This document shows positions 19,828 to 28,836 of a stretch of DNA of 64,000 bases, one piece after another. Source of the DNA: a virus (taxonomy: Duplodnaviria > Caudoviricetes). Each line of letters begins with the position of its first letter. Within the stretch, counting starts at the first letter, position 1. The position numbers and the translations under genes are program-made. The notes under the pieces are model-generated. The model saw only the letters and a program-made list of their open reading frames with translations, was not told where the DNA came from and searched no databases. The stretch covers positions 1 through 64,000 of IMG/VR virus record IMGVR_UViG_3300025196_000011; one strand, written 5' to 3'.

Positions 19828-21430
19828 CGTCGTCATCATCCAATAGGTCATCAGGTACGTCATCATCATGCGGCGCGCCCGCTGGCATAGCGTCGCCCTG
19901 CATTGGCGCGCCGTTGGCATCAAGCAATGGCTGGGCGGTGACTGAGGTGGCTATTTTTTCGGCCAATTCAATGTCATAACCCATGCTGTCCTCTAAAATT
20001 AGCTGGACAGTCTCTTTGTCAAGCCCTAATTCTTTTAACATTTGGATAGCCTGAGCTTGCACCGTGGTCGTATTGGCGCGGTTTTGCTTGTTATTGAGCG
20101 CCTGAGTAGCGGCGGCGTTTTGGTCGCTGTAGAAGTCAAATTGCCAAGGGTATTCATTGGAATTAAAGTATTCACCGTGCTTAATACCCCAATGAATAGA
20201 CATAAGGTGATTAAAGGCGTCGATACATGCTTGTCTAATCAAGGTTGACCGGCGCATGATTTGCGCTGACGTGTGAAAGGCTGCCCCATCACCAAGCCCG
20301 CCCGCCAGCATGTCCGCCCACCCCATCAATGATAAATCGATACCAAGCCCGCCCGCCAAGCGGCGCAAGTTGAGCATTAATAAGCCCTCGTTTAGCGGCA
20401 TATTGCGCTGCGATAAGTCACCAACGGATTGCAAAATCTGCTTTTCGCTCCATTGCGGCATGATATGGTATTTAGTGCCGTATAAGGCCTCGCCGCCCTT
20501 AAACGCCTCTTCAATTTGGCCGCGGTAATTGGTCAACATTTTAACAATGCTTGCGCGGTATTTCTTTTGCTGGTTTGGCGGCATACCCTCCATGTTGATT
20601 GTTAAAAACGCCTGTTTAACGCTGTCTGCAATCTGTTGGTTATTGAGGCCGGCGCGGCTAATGGTCACGTCCTGCCAAGGCTCTTCAATCGGGTATAAGA
20701 ATGAGCCGCCCACCTCGGCCGGTAAAATCGGGTTGTCGCTGCGCTTGTCGTAAATCAACGTCTTTTTGTCCTGCCATACCTGCATTGGCATTTGTGGCAC
20801 GGTTTCAATACGCGGCATACGAACCCGCAATAACTGCTTAGGGGTCAATTTAGCGATAGTACGCTCCCTGTCCTCTTCTTCTAGCGCATGAAAGCCCACG
20901 GTCGCGCCCGCCTGTTCAAACGGCATAATCAGCGGCGGGAATGTATGGCGGTTATTCATCAGGCCGACAACGCCTTTTTTGTCGTCGGTATAGATACGCG
21001 CATAGCTATCACCAAAGCCGATAGCTTGGCGGGCAAGTGAGAACGCATAGCGGTTGATAATGGGCGCGATGATACGGGCTTCGCGCTCTACCTTATCGCG
21101 CAATTCCTTAGCACGGCGGCCTTGCCCGCGCACGCGCTCATGCGGGGTTATAAAAATCATGTCGCCGGTTGTCTCATGGCCACCAAGCGCGGCGGTAACG
21201 TGCAAGCTCAGCGCCTCTGCTATCTGTGGGTCTTTTTGCATAATCTCCCACATGGTAAAAATTTGCTGACGGGTGCGCGGTAGCTTGTCCCTGCTGGTGA
21301 ACGTGCCAAGCTCCATCTGATTCATGGCCTCATACTGCGCATTGACGTCGTTAATCGTACCTGTCACCGCTGATTGTCTGCTTTGGCGTTCGTCAATGAG
21401 CAAGCCCGCCATGGTTTTAAAAAGATTCAT
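19817..21430 (-). CDS. prt: portal protein
   Basis: LRRLAGGLGIDLSLMGWADMLAGGLGDG matches recalled P1 Prt [28 protein letters not shown]. Confidence 0.88.
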   Translation of the reverse strand: MNLFKTMAGLLIDERQSRQSAVTGTINDVNAQYEAMNQMELGTFTSRDKLPRTRQQIFTMWEIMQKDPQIAEALSLHVTAALGGHETTGDMIFITPHERVRGQGRRAKELRDKVEREARIIAPIINRYAFSLARQAIGFGDSYARIYTDDKKGVVGLMNNRHTFPPLIMPFEQAGATVGFHALEEEDRERTIAKLTPKQLLRVRMPRIETVPQMPMQVWQDKKTLIYDKRSDNPILPAEVGGSFLYPIEEPWQDVTISRAGLNNQQIADSVKQAFLTINMEGMPPNQQKKYRASIVKMLTNYRGQIEEAFKGGEALYGTKYHIMPQWSEKQILQSVGDLSQRNMPLNEGLLMLNLRRLAGGLGIDLSLMGWADMLAGGLGDGAAFHTSAQIMRRSTLIRQACIDAFNHLMSIHWGIKHGEYFNSNEYPWQFDFYSDQNAAATQALNNKQNRANTTTVQAQAIQMLKELGLDKETVQLILEDSMGYDIELAEKIATSVTAQPLLDANGAPMQGDAMPAGAPHDDDVPDDLLDDDDDDY

Positions 21431-21447
21431 TATTGCCGCCTGATTGT

Positions 21448-22077
21448 TTATTGTGGGGTGCTTGTCGTACCGCCGCCGGTATCAACGCCGCCATGTTTAT
21501 GAGATTTTAGCGATATACCGCCGGCCTTTATGTCGCCTGTGGCGCTGATACTGCCGTTAATGGTTTGATTGCCATGTGACACGCTTTCACCGGTTACGGT
21601 ATGGCTGCCGTTAATGGCTTGATTGCCTTGTATGGTGGCGTGGCCGGTTTGGCTGCTGTCGCCCTTGTGGGTTACGTTGCCCTTGATTAAAACCTCGCCC
21701 TCAATGGTGACTTGGCCGGCCTTGATAAAAACTAAGTCGCTGGCGGTTATCGTCACCTTGGCGCGCGCCAATAGCTCGATATTTTCTTGCCTGATACGGC
21801 GCACGTTTACGGCCGCGCGGCCTTGGCCATGACGACGGTAAAAAGCAATGACCGGCATTGAGGTGTCGCCTTGCTCAAAAAACACCCACACATCAGCGCC
21901 GGCTATCAATTCGCGCTCAGTGTCTAAGTCATCATCACCGATAGGATAGGCAAGCATGGCGGTGATACCGTCCTCAACGCCGTCCGTTAGGCCGGCTATG
22001 CTGACCTTAGCGGTGCGATTGGTACTATCGTAGCTAACCAAGGTCGCGGGGTGCATGTAAGGGGTTATATGGCTCAT
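21448..22077 (-). CDS. baseplate central spike (gpV/gp5-like)
   Basis: N-terminal OB-fold VWVFFEQGD..P; beta-helix repeats; SLKSHKHGGV metal-binding tip. Confidence 0.85.
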   Translation of the reverse strand: MSHITPYMHPATLVSYDSTNRTAKVSIAGLTDGVEDGITAMLAYPIGDDDLDTERELIAGADVWVFFEQGDTSMPVIAFYRRHGQGRAAVNVRRIRQENIELLARAKVTITASDLVFIKAGQVTIEGEVLIKGNVTHKGDSSQTGHATIQGNQAINGSHTVTGESVSHGNQTINGSISATGDIKAGGISLKSHKHGGVDTGGGTTSTPQ

Positions 22078-22964
22078 TTGGTGTTCTCAATTTGTGCAAG
22101 CCATGCTTTTGTCGCCATGACGGTTTGGCCGCCAAGTGCGCCGGTATCGTATCGATGGGCGGCGGTTAAAACGACTAGCCGTTGGTCGTCTACTTCTATC
22201 AACTTGCCGGCGTCTAGGCGTTCATCAAGCTGGCGGGTTATGGTGGCTTTGGTGATTAAAATGCGGCGCAAATTTTGTAATTCGCGGTTATCGGCGCGGG
22301 GGTAGTAGCGGATAGAACGCTCAGCGCGCGCCGTGCCTAAAATGGTCGAGCCGTCATCATCAATCGATAGATAATTGGTATTGCTGTGTCTTACGGCGTT
22401 GGGGTGCTCTACCCACTGAACCGCGCTTTTATCAAATAAAATGGCCTCGCCGCTCATAAGCTCGTTAAGGCGGATAACTTCCATGCCATTGTCAGTGTGA
22501 CAAATAATAGCCGCTTCCTTTTGCAAGGCGGCGGCTATGGGGGCGGTTGGTAGCTGGCCTTTTAAGCAAACAAAGCTGCTCAGCTTAACGTCACGCTTGA
22601 TTCTGAGCTTAGCGCCAAGCGCGCGGTAAACCTCGTTAAAACTGGTGTTTTCTAAACTAACCGCCTTTTTGGTCACGCCCAAAAGCGGCTCGCAACCGGC
22701 CATGACAGCGATGATATGAATAGCGCCAATGCGGCGGCCGGCCTTAACGGATTGCTCGTTAATCACTTGTGACTTAACAATTACCAAGGGAACGCCTTTA
22801 GGGGTGGCCAATTGGCGGCCGATGGTAAATAATTGGCTCAAACGCTCGTCCGCCTTTACCACCGCCTCAAGCGTTACCGGTACGGGTACAAAGTCAGTGC
22901 GATAGATGGCGCTAATCAAGTCATCGCCGCCTATCGTGCTGCCGTCCTCTAACTGTATATTCAT
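22074..22964 (-). CDS. baseplate hub protein (gp27/gpD-like)
   Basis: 296 aa, coupled upstream of the spike gene. Confidence 0.55.
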   Translation of the reverse strand: MNIQLEDGSTIGGDDLISAIYRTDFVPVPVTLEAVVKADERLSQLFTIGRQLATPKGVPLVIVKSQVINEQSVKAGRRIGAIHIIAVMAGCEPLLGVTKKAVSLENTSFNEVYRALGAKLRIKRDVKLSSFVCLKGQLPTAPIAAALQKEAAIICHTDNGMEVIRLNELMSGEAILFDKSAVQWVEHPNAVRHSNTNYLSIDDDGSTILGTARAERSIRYYPRADNRELQNLRRILITKATITRQLDERLDAGKLIEVDDQRLVVLTAAHRYDTGALGGQTVMATKAWLAQIENTK

Positions 22965-23047
22965 GCTAGCGCCTGTTGTTGTTTTTACTCAAATAAGCCA
23001 TCGCCTAGCAATGGCTTAATTTAGTAAAATCAGTAATTGCTTAGTCT

Positions 23048-23521
23048 TTATGCTAGGTAGGTAATTAAAGCAAAGCATACTTTACCTACATGCTCTGAAT
23101 CTGGTATGTTTACGGTAAGGGTGTCGTTCAGCATGTAGGATTGACTGCCATAATACTGACCAGTTTGGTCATAGTTTTCGTTAAAAATCCCGCCATCAGG
23201 GTGTCGAAAACAAATCCGATAACCTAATATTTTTTCAAAATGAATACCGCTTATAGGGATATTGTTATTACCGGTTTGTGCTGTAAATTGAAGCAATCTA
23301 GTTTTAATCTCACGGCCATCATCTAAAAACGTGCCAGCGGCCGGCGCTGGGGTTGTACCGTCGCCCGCTTCCGGTTCGGTCGGTGCTGGCGGCGTTACCG
23401 GTTCAAGCGCGGCAATCTTATCTTGCACAAACTGCTTTAGCGCCTCGTTGCTATTCAAAATCTCTTGGCCAATCAAAGCGCCAATCTCGTCAATCTGTGC
23501 TTGGGTGTAATAAGCGGTCAT
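23048..23521 (-). CDS. putative head/collar fibre protein
   Basis: N-terminal IGALIGQEIL coiled coil, Pro/Thr linker, AT-rich C-terminal domain. Confidence 0.4.
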   Translation of the reverse strand: MTAYYTQAQIDEIGALIGQEILNSNEALKQFVQDKIAALEPVTPPAPTEPEAGDGTTPAPAAGTFLDDGREIKTRLLQFTAQTGNNNIPISGIHFEKILGYRICFRHPDGGIFNENYDQTGQYYGSQSYMLNDTLTVNIPDSEHVGKVCFALITYLA

Positions 23522-23533
23522 TTCTTAATCCTT

Positions 23534-23761
23534 TTATACTTCGGGGGTTGGTGCGACAAGCGCCGCGTTAAATGCCGCTTCAAACGACGTTATATCTGTA
23601 GCGGCGGTAATATTACTCAAGCCATCAAGTTTTTGCTTGTCGGCATCGGTGAATACGTTGGTATTTTCATTCGATTCATACTTGGTTTTAATGCTGGCGG
23701 CCGTTTCACTTGCGCCGCCGGTTGCCGTGGTAGGACTTCCAAAATCTTGCGACATAATCAA
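23534..23761 (-). CDS. small fibre-like protein
   Basis: SIKTKYESNENTNVFTDADKQKLDGL motif recurrent in phage fibre proteins. Confidence 0.45.
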   Translation of the reverse strand: MIMSQDFGSPTTATGGASETAASIKTKYESNENTNVFTDADKQKLDGLSNITAATDITSFEAAFNAALVAPTPEV

Positions 23762-23763
23762 TC

Positions 23764-24033
23764 CTATTTAACAATTATTACGGTTTGCTCTTTGTCTGCA
23801 TTGCTAGCATTTAAGCGCAACCACACCGGCGCGGCATGGTTAAAATTAATATGCTGGCTCAGCGACATACGGATAAAAACATCGGTATCATCGGCCGGCT
23901 CAGTGCCACCAATAACAACGTCAAACAACGCTTTGCTGTAATTATTCCTATCGCTTGCTGATTGCACGGTACAAGCGCCATCAGCAACCTTTATCCATGC
24001 GCCTGTAATCACTTGTTTTGTTGTATCTGCCAT
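23764..24033 (-). CDS. hypothetical virion protein
   Basis: 89-aa beta-rich ORF in the tube operon. Confidence 0.55.
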   Translation of the reverse strand: MADTTKQVITGAWIKVADGACTVQSASDRNNYSKALFDVVIGGTEPADDTDVFIRMSLSQHINFNHAAPVWLRLNASNADKEQTVIIVK

Positions 24034-24059
24034 AACTTACTCGCTGTTTTTTTAACTGG

Positions 24060-24545
24060 TTATAAAATCCATTGCCAAAATAAATCATCGCGCTTGCGCT
24101 CGGTGTTCGGCACTTCAACGCTAAATGGCTGGCACTGGAACGCCTCTTTTTTCATAACTTCAACGGCGTCCTTATAAAGCTGCAAAGCCTCGCTGGTCAT
24201 CATGCCGGTTTGCTGAACGCCAAGGCCTTGCGCGCCCTCCATGCGGCGGGCTTGCACAAGGTCGCAATGCGCACGTACCATCGGCTCAATAATCAGCCAG
24301 TCATCAACGCCCAAAACGGTATTGGCGGTTATGGTCAATAGCGGCTTGTCATCAGCGCTATCGCTTGGATAGTGCTGTAACTCGCCTGACCAGCCGGCGT
24401 ATTTTTTGGTATTGGTGATTAAGACTTTGACCACATCGCGAAGCCGTACTGACGAACCGGTCGTTAATAGCTCGTCGTACAACTCTTGGGCGGCGTCTTG
24501 TATCGTGCCGATAACGTGGGTAGCATCTGTATCGCTTGTGCTCAT
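24060..24545 (-). CDS. head-tail adaptor (P1 PmgC-like)
   Basis: Directly downstream of the tube gene as in P1; DWLIIEPMVRAH...AFQCQPFSV motif. Confidence 0.45.
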   Translation of the reverse strand: MSTSDTDATHVIGTIQDAAQELYDELLTTGSSVRLRDVVKVLITNTKKYAGWSGELQHYPSDSADDKPLLTITANTVLGVDDWLIIEPMVRAHCDLVQARRMEGAQGLGVQQTGMMTSEALQLYKDAVEVMKKEAFQCQPFSVEVPNTERKRDDLFWQWIL

Positions 24546-24556
24546 TACGTCACCTA

Positions 24557-25183
24557 TTAGCCGAAAATGGTTACATCGCCTGAGCCGGACACGGGCATAA
24601 GGCTGCCAAACTTATCAAGCGCATTGGTTAGGGCATTGGCAAAAATATCGGTTTTATTGCCATCGATACCCAACTTGCCGCCTTGGCCAAAATAGTTATA
24701 CCGGCATGACGCATTGACCTGCAAAATCTGACTACGGCTTGCCGCATCAATCTCACCGCCGCCATCTGAAAAGGTAATCGCACAGTCGATAAGCTCGTAT
24801 TCACGCAAGCCTTTAATGTTATCGCCATCATCGACAAAGCCGTCATAAACGCGGGCAAGTGGAATCACGCCGCCGTGCTTGTTTACTAAATCCTCAGCAA
24901 ACTTTGAGATAACGCCGCTTTCGGTTTCAATAAACGTCCATTGGCTCTCAAAATTGGTCTTACGCACACCAGCGGCATGAGCTTGTAAGCCGCGCGCAAG
25001 GTCTACGTCGGCGGTATCATGGTGCGTGGTAATTGGGCGTTGAAAGTTTTGAATGAGCATGTATAGGTTTTCATAGCCTTGGATAACCAAGACGGCGTTA
25101 CATGCCAGCATGGCCGCGCCTAGCGACTTCATGGTTTCATATTGCTTGCGATAAGCGGTTAGGCTTGGGGTACGGGTTTTCAT
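24557..25183 (-). CDS. tub: tail tube protein
   Basis: GYENLYMLIQNFQRP...FIETESG...LIDCAI...CRYNYF parallels recalled P1 Tub/BplB. Confidence 0.7.
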   Translation of the reverse strand: MKTRTPSLTAYRKQYETMKSLGAAMLACNAVLVIQGYENLYMLIQNFQRPITTHHDTADVDLARGLQAHAAGVRKTNFESQWTFIETESGVISKFAEDLVNKHGGVIPLARVYDGFVDDGDNIKGLREYELIDCAITFSDGGGEIDAASRSQILQVNASCRYNYFGQGGKLGIDGNKTDIFANALTNALDKFGSLMPVSGSGDVTIFG

Positions 25184-25218
25184 AAATAGGCCTTATCGGT
25201 ATGTTAAGTGATAGGCTT

Positions 25219-25258
25219 ATTCTGACAAGTTTTAGGGGGTAGGCTTTAGGGGTGTTCC
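25219..25258 (-). promoter_or_regulatory. putative late promoter (tube operon)
   Basis: GGAACAC-N27-CAGAAT. Confidence 0.7.
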
Positions 25259-25272
25259 ATCGGGGAATAAAC

Positions 25273-25303
25273 AAAAAAAAGCCCCGCCAGTCTCCTAGCG
25301 GGG
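25273..25303 (-). terminator. intrinsic terminator with GNRA loop
   Basis: CCCCGCTAG-GAGA-CTGGCGGGG followed by C and T8. Confidence 0.85.
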
Positions 25304-25385
25304 TTATCTAAACTAAGTCACCTATGCGGTGATAAAATTCTTAATGTCATAAACCACCTACGCGGCGGCAAGGTTATTATACCAC

Positions 25386-26015
25386 TTAATACGGCGAAAA
25401 GTTAGCCACTTGGTATAGCTCGCCGGCCACCGCTACCACAAAATCAAGCGGGCGGGTTTCAACGCCGACGGCCACTTCGGGTACAACGTGCCAAGGCACA
25501 AGGCGGGTAATGGTCGGCGCAAGCTCTGATAGCTCCGCAATGTCTACGCTTACGTCCATTTTGATACGCACGCGGCTGGTCAAAAAGCGGTTTTGGCCTT
25601 TGGTTTCAGCGACAAAACGCGGGTAGCTGGCGGCCAATTCTTTTGAGTGCCATAACGGGATAACCTTGTTTTGGTTGGGGTATAGCATATCGAGCACAAA
25701 TTGCAAAAAGCCCACGCCGCGCTCGCTGGCAATGGCCGTCCAGTTGGAATAGATGACGCCCATTAACTTATCGGACAAGCCGCCATCGTCACGCCTGAGC
25801 ACGGCAAGGCCGTTTAGCTTGGTGAAGCGCTCTACCACGTTGCGGCTACCTTGCCACGGTACGCCATAGTTATATATGTCGTTAAACTGCTCTATCTGTA
25901 AATCTTGCACGATACCGGTAAAAATACCGGCCATGGCGCGCTCTAATTCATTGGCGGCATGGCTGTGCAAAATTGGTGATAAAAAGTCATCGGCGTTTAA
26001 GGTTACATTGTCCAT
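25386..26015 (-). CDS. baseplate wedge protein (P1 gp16-like)
   Basis: Follows the baseplate J-like gene; RGVGFLQFVLDMLYP motif. Confidence 0.6.
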   Translation of the reverse strand: MDNVTLNADDFLSPILHSHAANELERAMAGIFTGIVQDLQIEQFNDIYNYGVPWQGSRNVVERFTKLNGLAVLRRDDGGLSDKLMGVIYSNWTAIASERGVGFLQFVLDMLYPNQNKVIPLWHSKELAASYPRFVAETKGQNRFLTSRVRIKMDVSVDIAELSELAPTITRLVPWHVVPEVAVGVETRPLDFVVAVAGELYQVANFSPY

Positions 26016-27466
26016 ATCGCATTACCACTGTCGGCCGTTCGGGTTAAGTTAATGGTGATACTATTGTCGCTCAAAAACGCCCATTCATGGGGTTTGACGG
26101 GGTTTTGTCCGACGTCCTCACCGCTCACGGTAAAATCACTGATACGGTCTTGAAAGGCCGATATACCGCCGCGCAATCGCGTTGATAATTCCTGCAAGTT
26201 AAAGCCATCGGCGTTATGGTGATTGGCGGCAAGCGAACCTTTGCCATAATCCACAAGCAATAGCTCTTTTATCTGCACGCGCACTGAATCTATATCGTGA
26301 ACGGCGGCCAAACGGCCAGTTATGGTGATTTTGTACGGCCGCTCAATGGCACTCATAACCCTAACGCGGCCATCAAGCAAGCTGTCGGCGCGCGCTACCA
26401 ATTGCTGAATATCGGTGATTAATTGCGCCCGCTCAAGCTCGGTGTTGAGCTTGGGTACAATCGCAAGGTTTAAGTGATTGATACTATCAAGCGACGCTCC
26501 GTAATAGCGTTCGTGGGCGGTTTCATTCCATATCGCCATGTAATTTAAACGGCTCATAAAATGCTGCATAATCAAAAAGGTAAAATTACCCATAAAAACG
26601 GCGTTACGGTCATACATCGACGGGAAACTAGCCAATAGCCGCAATTGATTAATTGTTAAAGGGTTCGCGCCCGCCCGCGTCATATCGCCGGCCTTAAAGT
26701 AAATATTTAACGCGCTTTCGTCGCTGTCTGCAATCTCACTGAGCGACGCTTGTTTTAGGCTGGCTGGGTCAACCTCGCCATAGGTTTGAGTGATGGCCAC
26801 CTCGTACACTTCGCCGGCTTGCACGGTTTTGCCCGCGCGGTCACTTGCCCCAAAAATCACGTTAATATTGCTTAGATTGTCGCTTTGTAGGGTGTAGATT
26901 GGCTGATTGATGCCGGCGTTCATAAATTTAGGGGTATGCTGGTAAACCTCACCGCTGGTCACGTTGGTTATGCCAATCGATGAAAAATAGGCGTCGTCGG
27001 TGGTGCTTAGGCTCATGGTATAAAACGGCTCATTTACCGGTATGGTGACACGGCCATAATTGACCGTGCTTTGCTCGGCCAATACTGTTTTGGTTGCGCC
27101 CGCGCCCACGGTAATCGCTGCCAGCAAGCGCCATTGTCTGCCCGTGCCATCTTCAAGCAAACGCCCTTGGGATAAGGTCAAGGTCTTAGCGGCGGCGTTC
27201 TCGATGGTTATTTTGTGCTGGCATGGCGTGGCTACCGGTAAAATGCCCTTGTTGATGGCGTCGGCTATGATGGTTCGGTTTTTGGACTTGATAAACGGCT
27301 CAATCGCGTTCACATCATTGTCACGTTTTAAGAATACGGCCGCCTCAACGATAGACGTTAGCATGGCTCTGACAGTAGGGTCGCCGGCGCGCCATCGCTC
27401 CGCCACTTCCGGATAATCGTTAATATGGCTGCCGATGCTTTCTAGTATGTTATTGCGCTCTGACAT
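26003..27466 (-). CDS. bplA: baseplate wedge protein (BplA/gpJ-like)
   Basis: 487 aa; pmgA-bplA-16 order as in P1. Confidence 0.7.
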   Translation of the reverse strand: MSERNNILESIGSHINDYPEVAERWRAGDPTVRAMLTSIVEAAVFLKRDNDVNAIEPFIKSKNRTIIADAINKGILPVATPCQHKITIENAAAKTLTLSQGRLLEDGTGRQWRLLAAITVGAGATKTVLAEQSTVNYGRVTIPVNEPFYTMSLSTTDDAYFSSIGITNVTSGEVYQHTPKFMNAGINQPIYTLQSDNLSNINVIFGASDRAGKTVQAGEVYEVAITQTYGEVDPASLKQASLSEIADSDESALNIYFKAGDMTRAGANPLTINQLRLLASFPSMYDRNAVFMGNFTFLIMQHFMSRLNYMAIWNETAHERYYGASLDSINHLNLAIVPKLNTELERAQLITDIQQLVARADSLLDGRVRVMSAIERPYKITITGRLAAVHDIDSVRVQIKELLLVDYGKGSLAANHHNADGFNLQELSTRLRGGISAFQDRISDFTVSGEDVGQNPVKPHEWAFLSDNSITINLTRTADSGNAIWTM

Positions 27467-27782
27467 TGTAAAAATCCTGATTTAAAGTTTCGGTTTCAGC
27501 TTCGCCAAGCTCGATATTAATACCGCCAATATTTAGATAGACATATAGCTTGTCAAAGTCGGCCGTTAAGGTGCTAACGCTCAACTGGTTTTCGTTAAGC
27601 TGATTTAATAACGGTATGTCCGCCCTGAGCTTCTTAAGTAAGCTGTCGGCGTTATCGGCGCTCAACTCTTTAAGCAGCATACTGCGCACGTCCGCGCCGT
27701 AGCTTTGGCCAAAATAGCCGTTTGGCGGCGTTGATAGCCAGTGCTCAACCATGTTTTTTATGTCTGTCGCTTCAATGCTCAT
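27450..27782 (-). CDS. pmgA: sheath initiator, gp25/gpW-like (PmgA)
   Basis: HWLSTP..YFGQSYG, KKLRADIP and DFDKLYVYLNI parallel recalled P1 PmgA. Confidence 0.7.
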   Translation of the reverse strand: MSIEATDIKNMVEHWLSTPPNGYFGQSYGADVRSMLLKELSADNADSLLKKLRADIPLLNQLNENQLSVSTLTADFDKLYVYLNIGGINIELGEAETETLNQDFYNVRAQ

Positions 27783-27791
27783 AAGTAATCC

Positions 27792-28175
27792 TTAGTCACG
27801 CCCGCCCGCGCTTACTTTATGAGCCAGTGCCACAAAGCCGCCACTACTGACAAAAATTAAGACGATATTTAGCCATATCAGCGTTATACCGATGGCAAAC
27901 AAGGCGACAAGCAAGCCCGCCCCGCCCGCGCCCCATGTTTGGCTGTCCACCATCAGGCCAAAAAATCGCCACAATAAAAAGATAAAGAACGCCCAAAAAG
28001 GCGTGGCCACAAGGGTTGCTCGTTTGGCCACGCTGGCCAATGCGGCCGACAATATATTAACGTCCATCAGCGCGCGAATGGCCATGACGCGGGCGCGTAC
28101 TTCAAACACAAGATAGGCGACGATAGCCCATAGCGCGGCACTCAAAAACGCATCGATAATGTATTGATTTTGCAT
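27792..28175 (-). CDS. small membrane protein
   Basis: 127 aa with about 3 hydrophobic segments. Confidence 0.65.
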   Translation of the reverse strand: MQNQYIIDAFLSAALWAIVAYLVFEVRARVMAIRALMDVNILSAALASVAKRATLVATPFWAFFIFLLWRFFGLMVDSQTWGAGGAGLLVALFAIGITLIWLNIVLIFVSSGGFVALAHKVSAGGRD

Positions 28176-28183
28176 GATAACGC

Positions 28184-28711
28184 CTATTTTGTATCGGTTA
28201 ATTGTGCCAATTGCGCTTGTAGTGTTTGCTTCTCAGCGGTTTTGGTGGCGATGACGGTATCAAGCTCTTTTGCGGTTTCAAAAAGCGCCGCCTTTTGCTG
28301 GGCTTTATTCATCGGCGGCTTGCCAGTAGTGGTAGGCCTTTTAACTTTCATCTTGGCGCGCTTGGCTTGAAATGCCTTTTGTCCGGTGTTGATGATATTG
28401 GCCACGCCATCGACGGACTGTTCAAACGAGGGTTTGTAGCTGTTATCAAAGTCACCGGTTAAGGGTACGTTTTTGCCGTTAATATCCATGCGGATTAAAT
28501 CAAGCGCGCCATCTTCTGCGGCTAAGCGTAAATAGATTTTGACGGTTTGGCCGTTTTCTAAAACCATATTGACCGGCCGAACGCTTGCGCCTGAGACGCG
28601 CTTCACTCTCTCAACCTCTAAGATGGCGATGGCCTGTTTGGTGCTTTTGGCCAAACGCTTAGAAAAGTCTTTGACCAGTGGGGTTTTTTCGGTAATGTCT
28701 GATAATTTCAT
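28184..28711 (-). CDS. hdf: Hdf-like (stand-alone DarA-N domain) protein
   Basis: RVKRVSGASVRPVNMVLENGQTV...MDINGKNVP...GQKAFQ plus C-terminal coiled coil, parallels recalled P1 Hdf. Confidence 0.7.
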   Translation of the reverse strand: MKLSDITEKTPLVKDFSKRLAKSTKQAIAILEVERVKRVSGASVRPVNMVLENGQTVKIYLRLAAEDGALDLIRMDINGKNVPLTGDFDNSYKPSFEQSVDGVANIINTGQKAFQAKRAKMKVKRPTTTGKPPMNKAQQKAALFETAKELDTVIATKTAEKQTLQAQLAQLTDTK

Positions 28712-28744
28712 AGGGATACGCCTTTAAAGATTTATTATAAATCC

Positions 28745-28784
28745 ATTGTATGCGGGTTCACGCTTGGCGCGCGGGCGGTGTTCC
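28745..28784 (-). promoter_or_regulatory. putative late promoter (hdf-baseplate operon)
   Basis: GGAACAC-N27-TACAAT. Confidence 0.75.
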
Positions 28785-28787
28785 AAT

Positions 28788-28819
28788 AAAAAAACCGCCC
28801 CATATTGAGGCGGTTTTTT
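28788..28819. terminator. bidirectional intrinsic terminator
   Basis: A7-ccgcc...ggcgg-T6. Confidence 0.8.
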
Positions 28820-28836
28820 AACACTGAGCGGCGGTA

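Noticed and set aside
25360-25375. 12-nt complementarity (16 nt with G:U) between the 25.3-kb element and the capsid terminator at 38353-38368, as an antitermination sRNA
   Set aside because: Found post hoc, and the predicted TSS (~25369) would remove part of the match; chance is plausible
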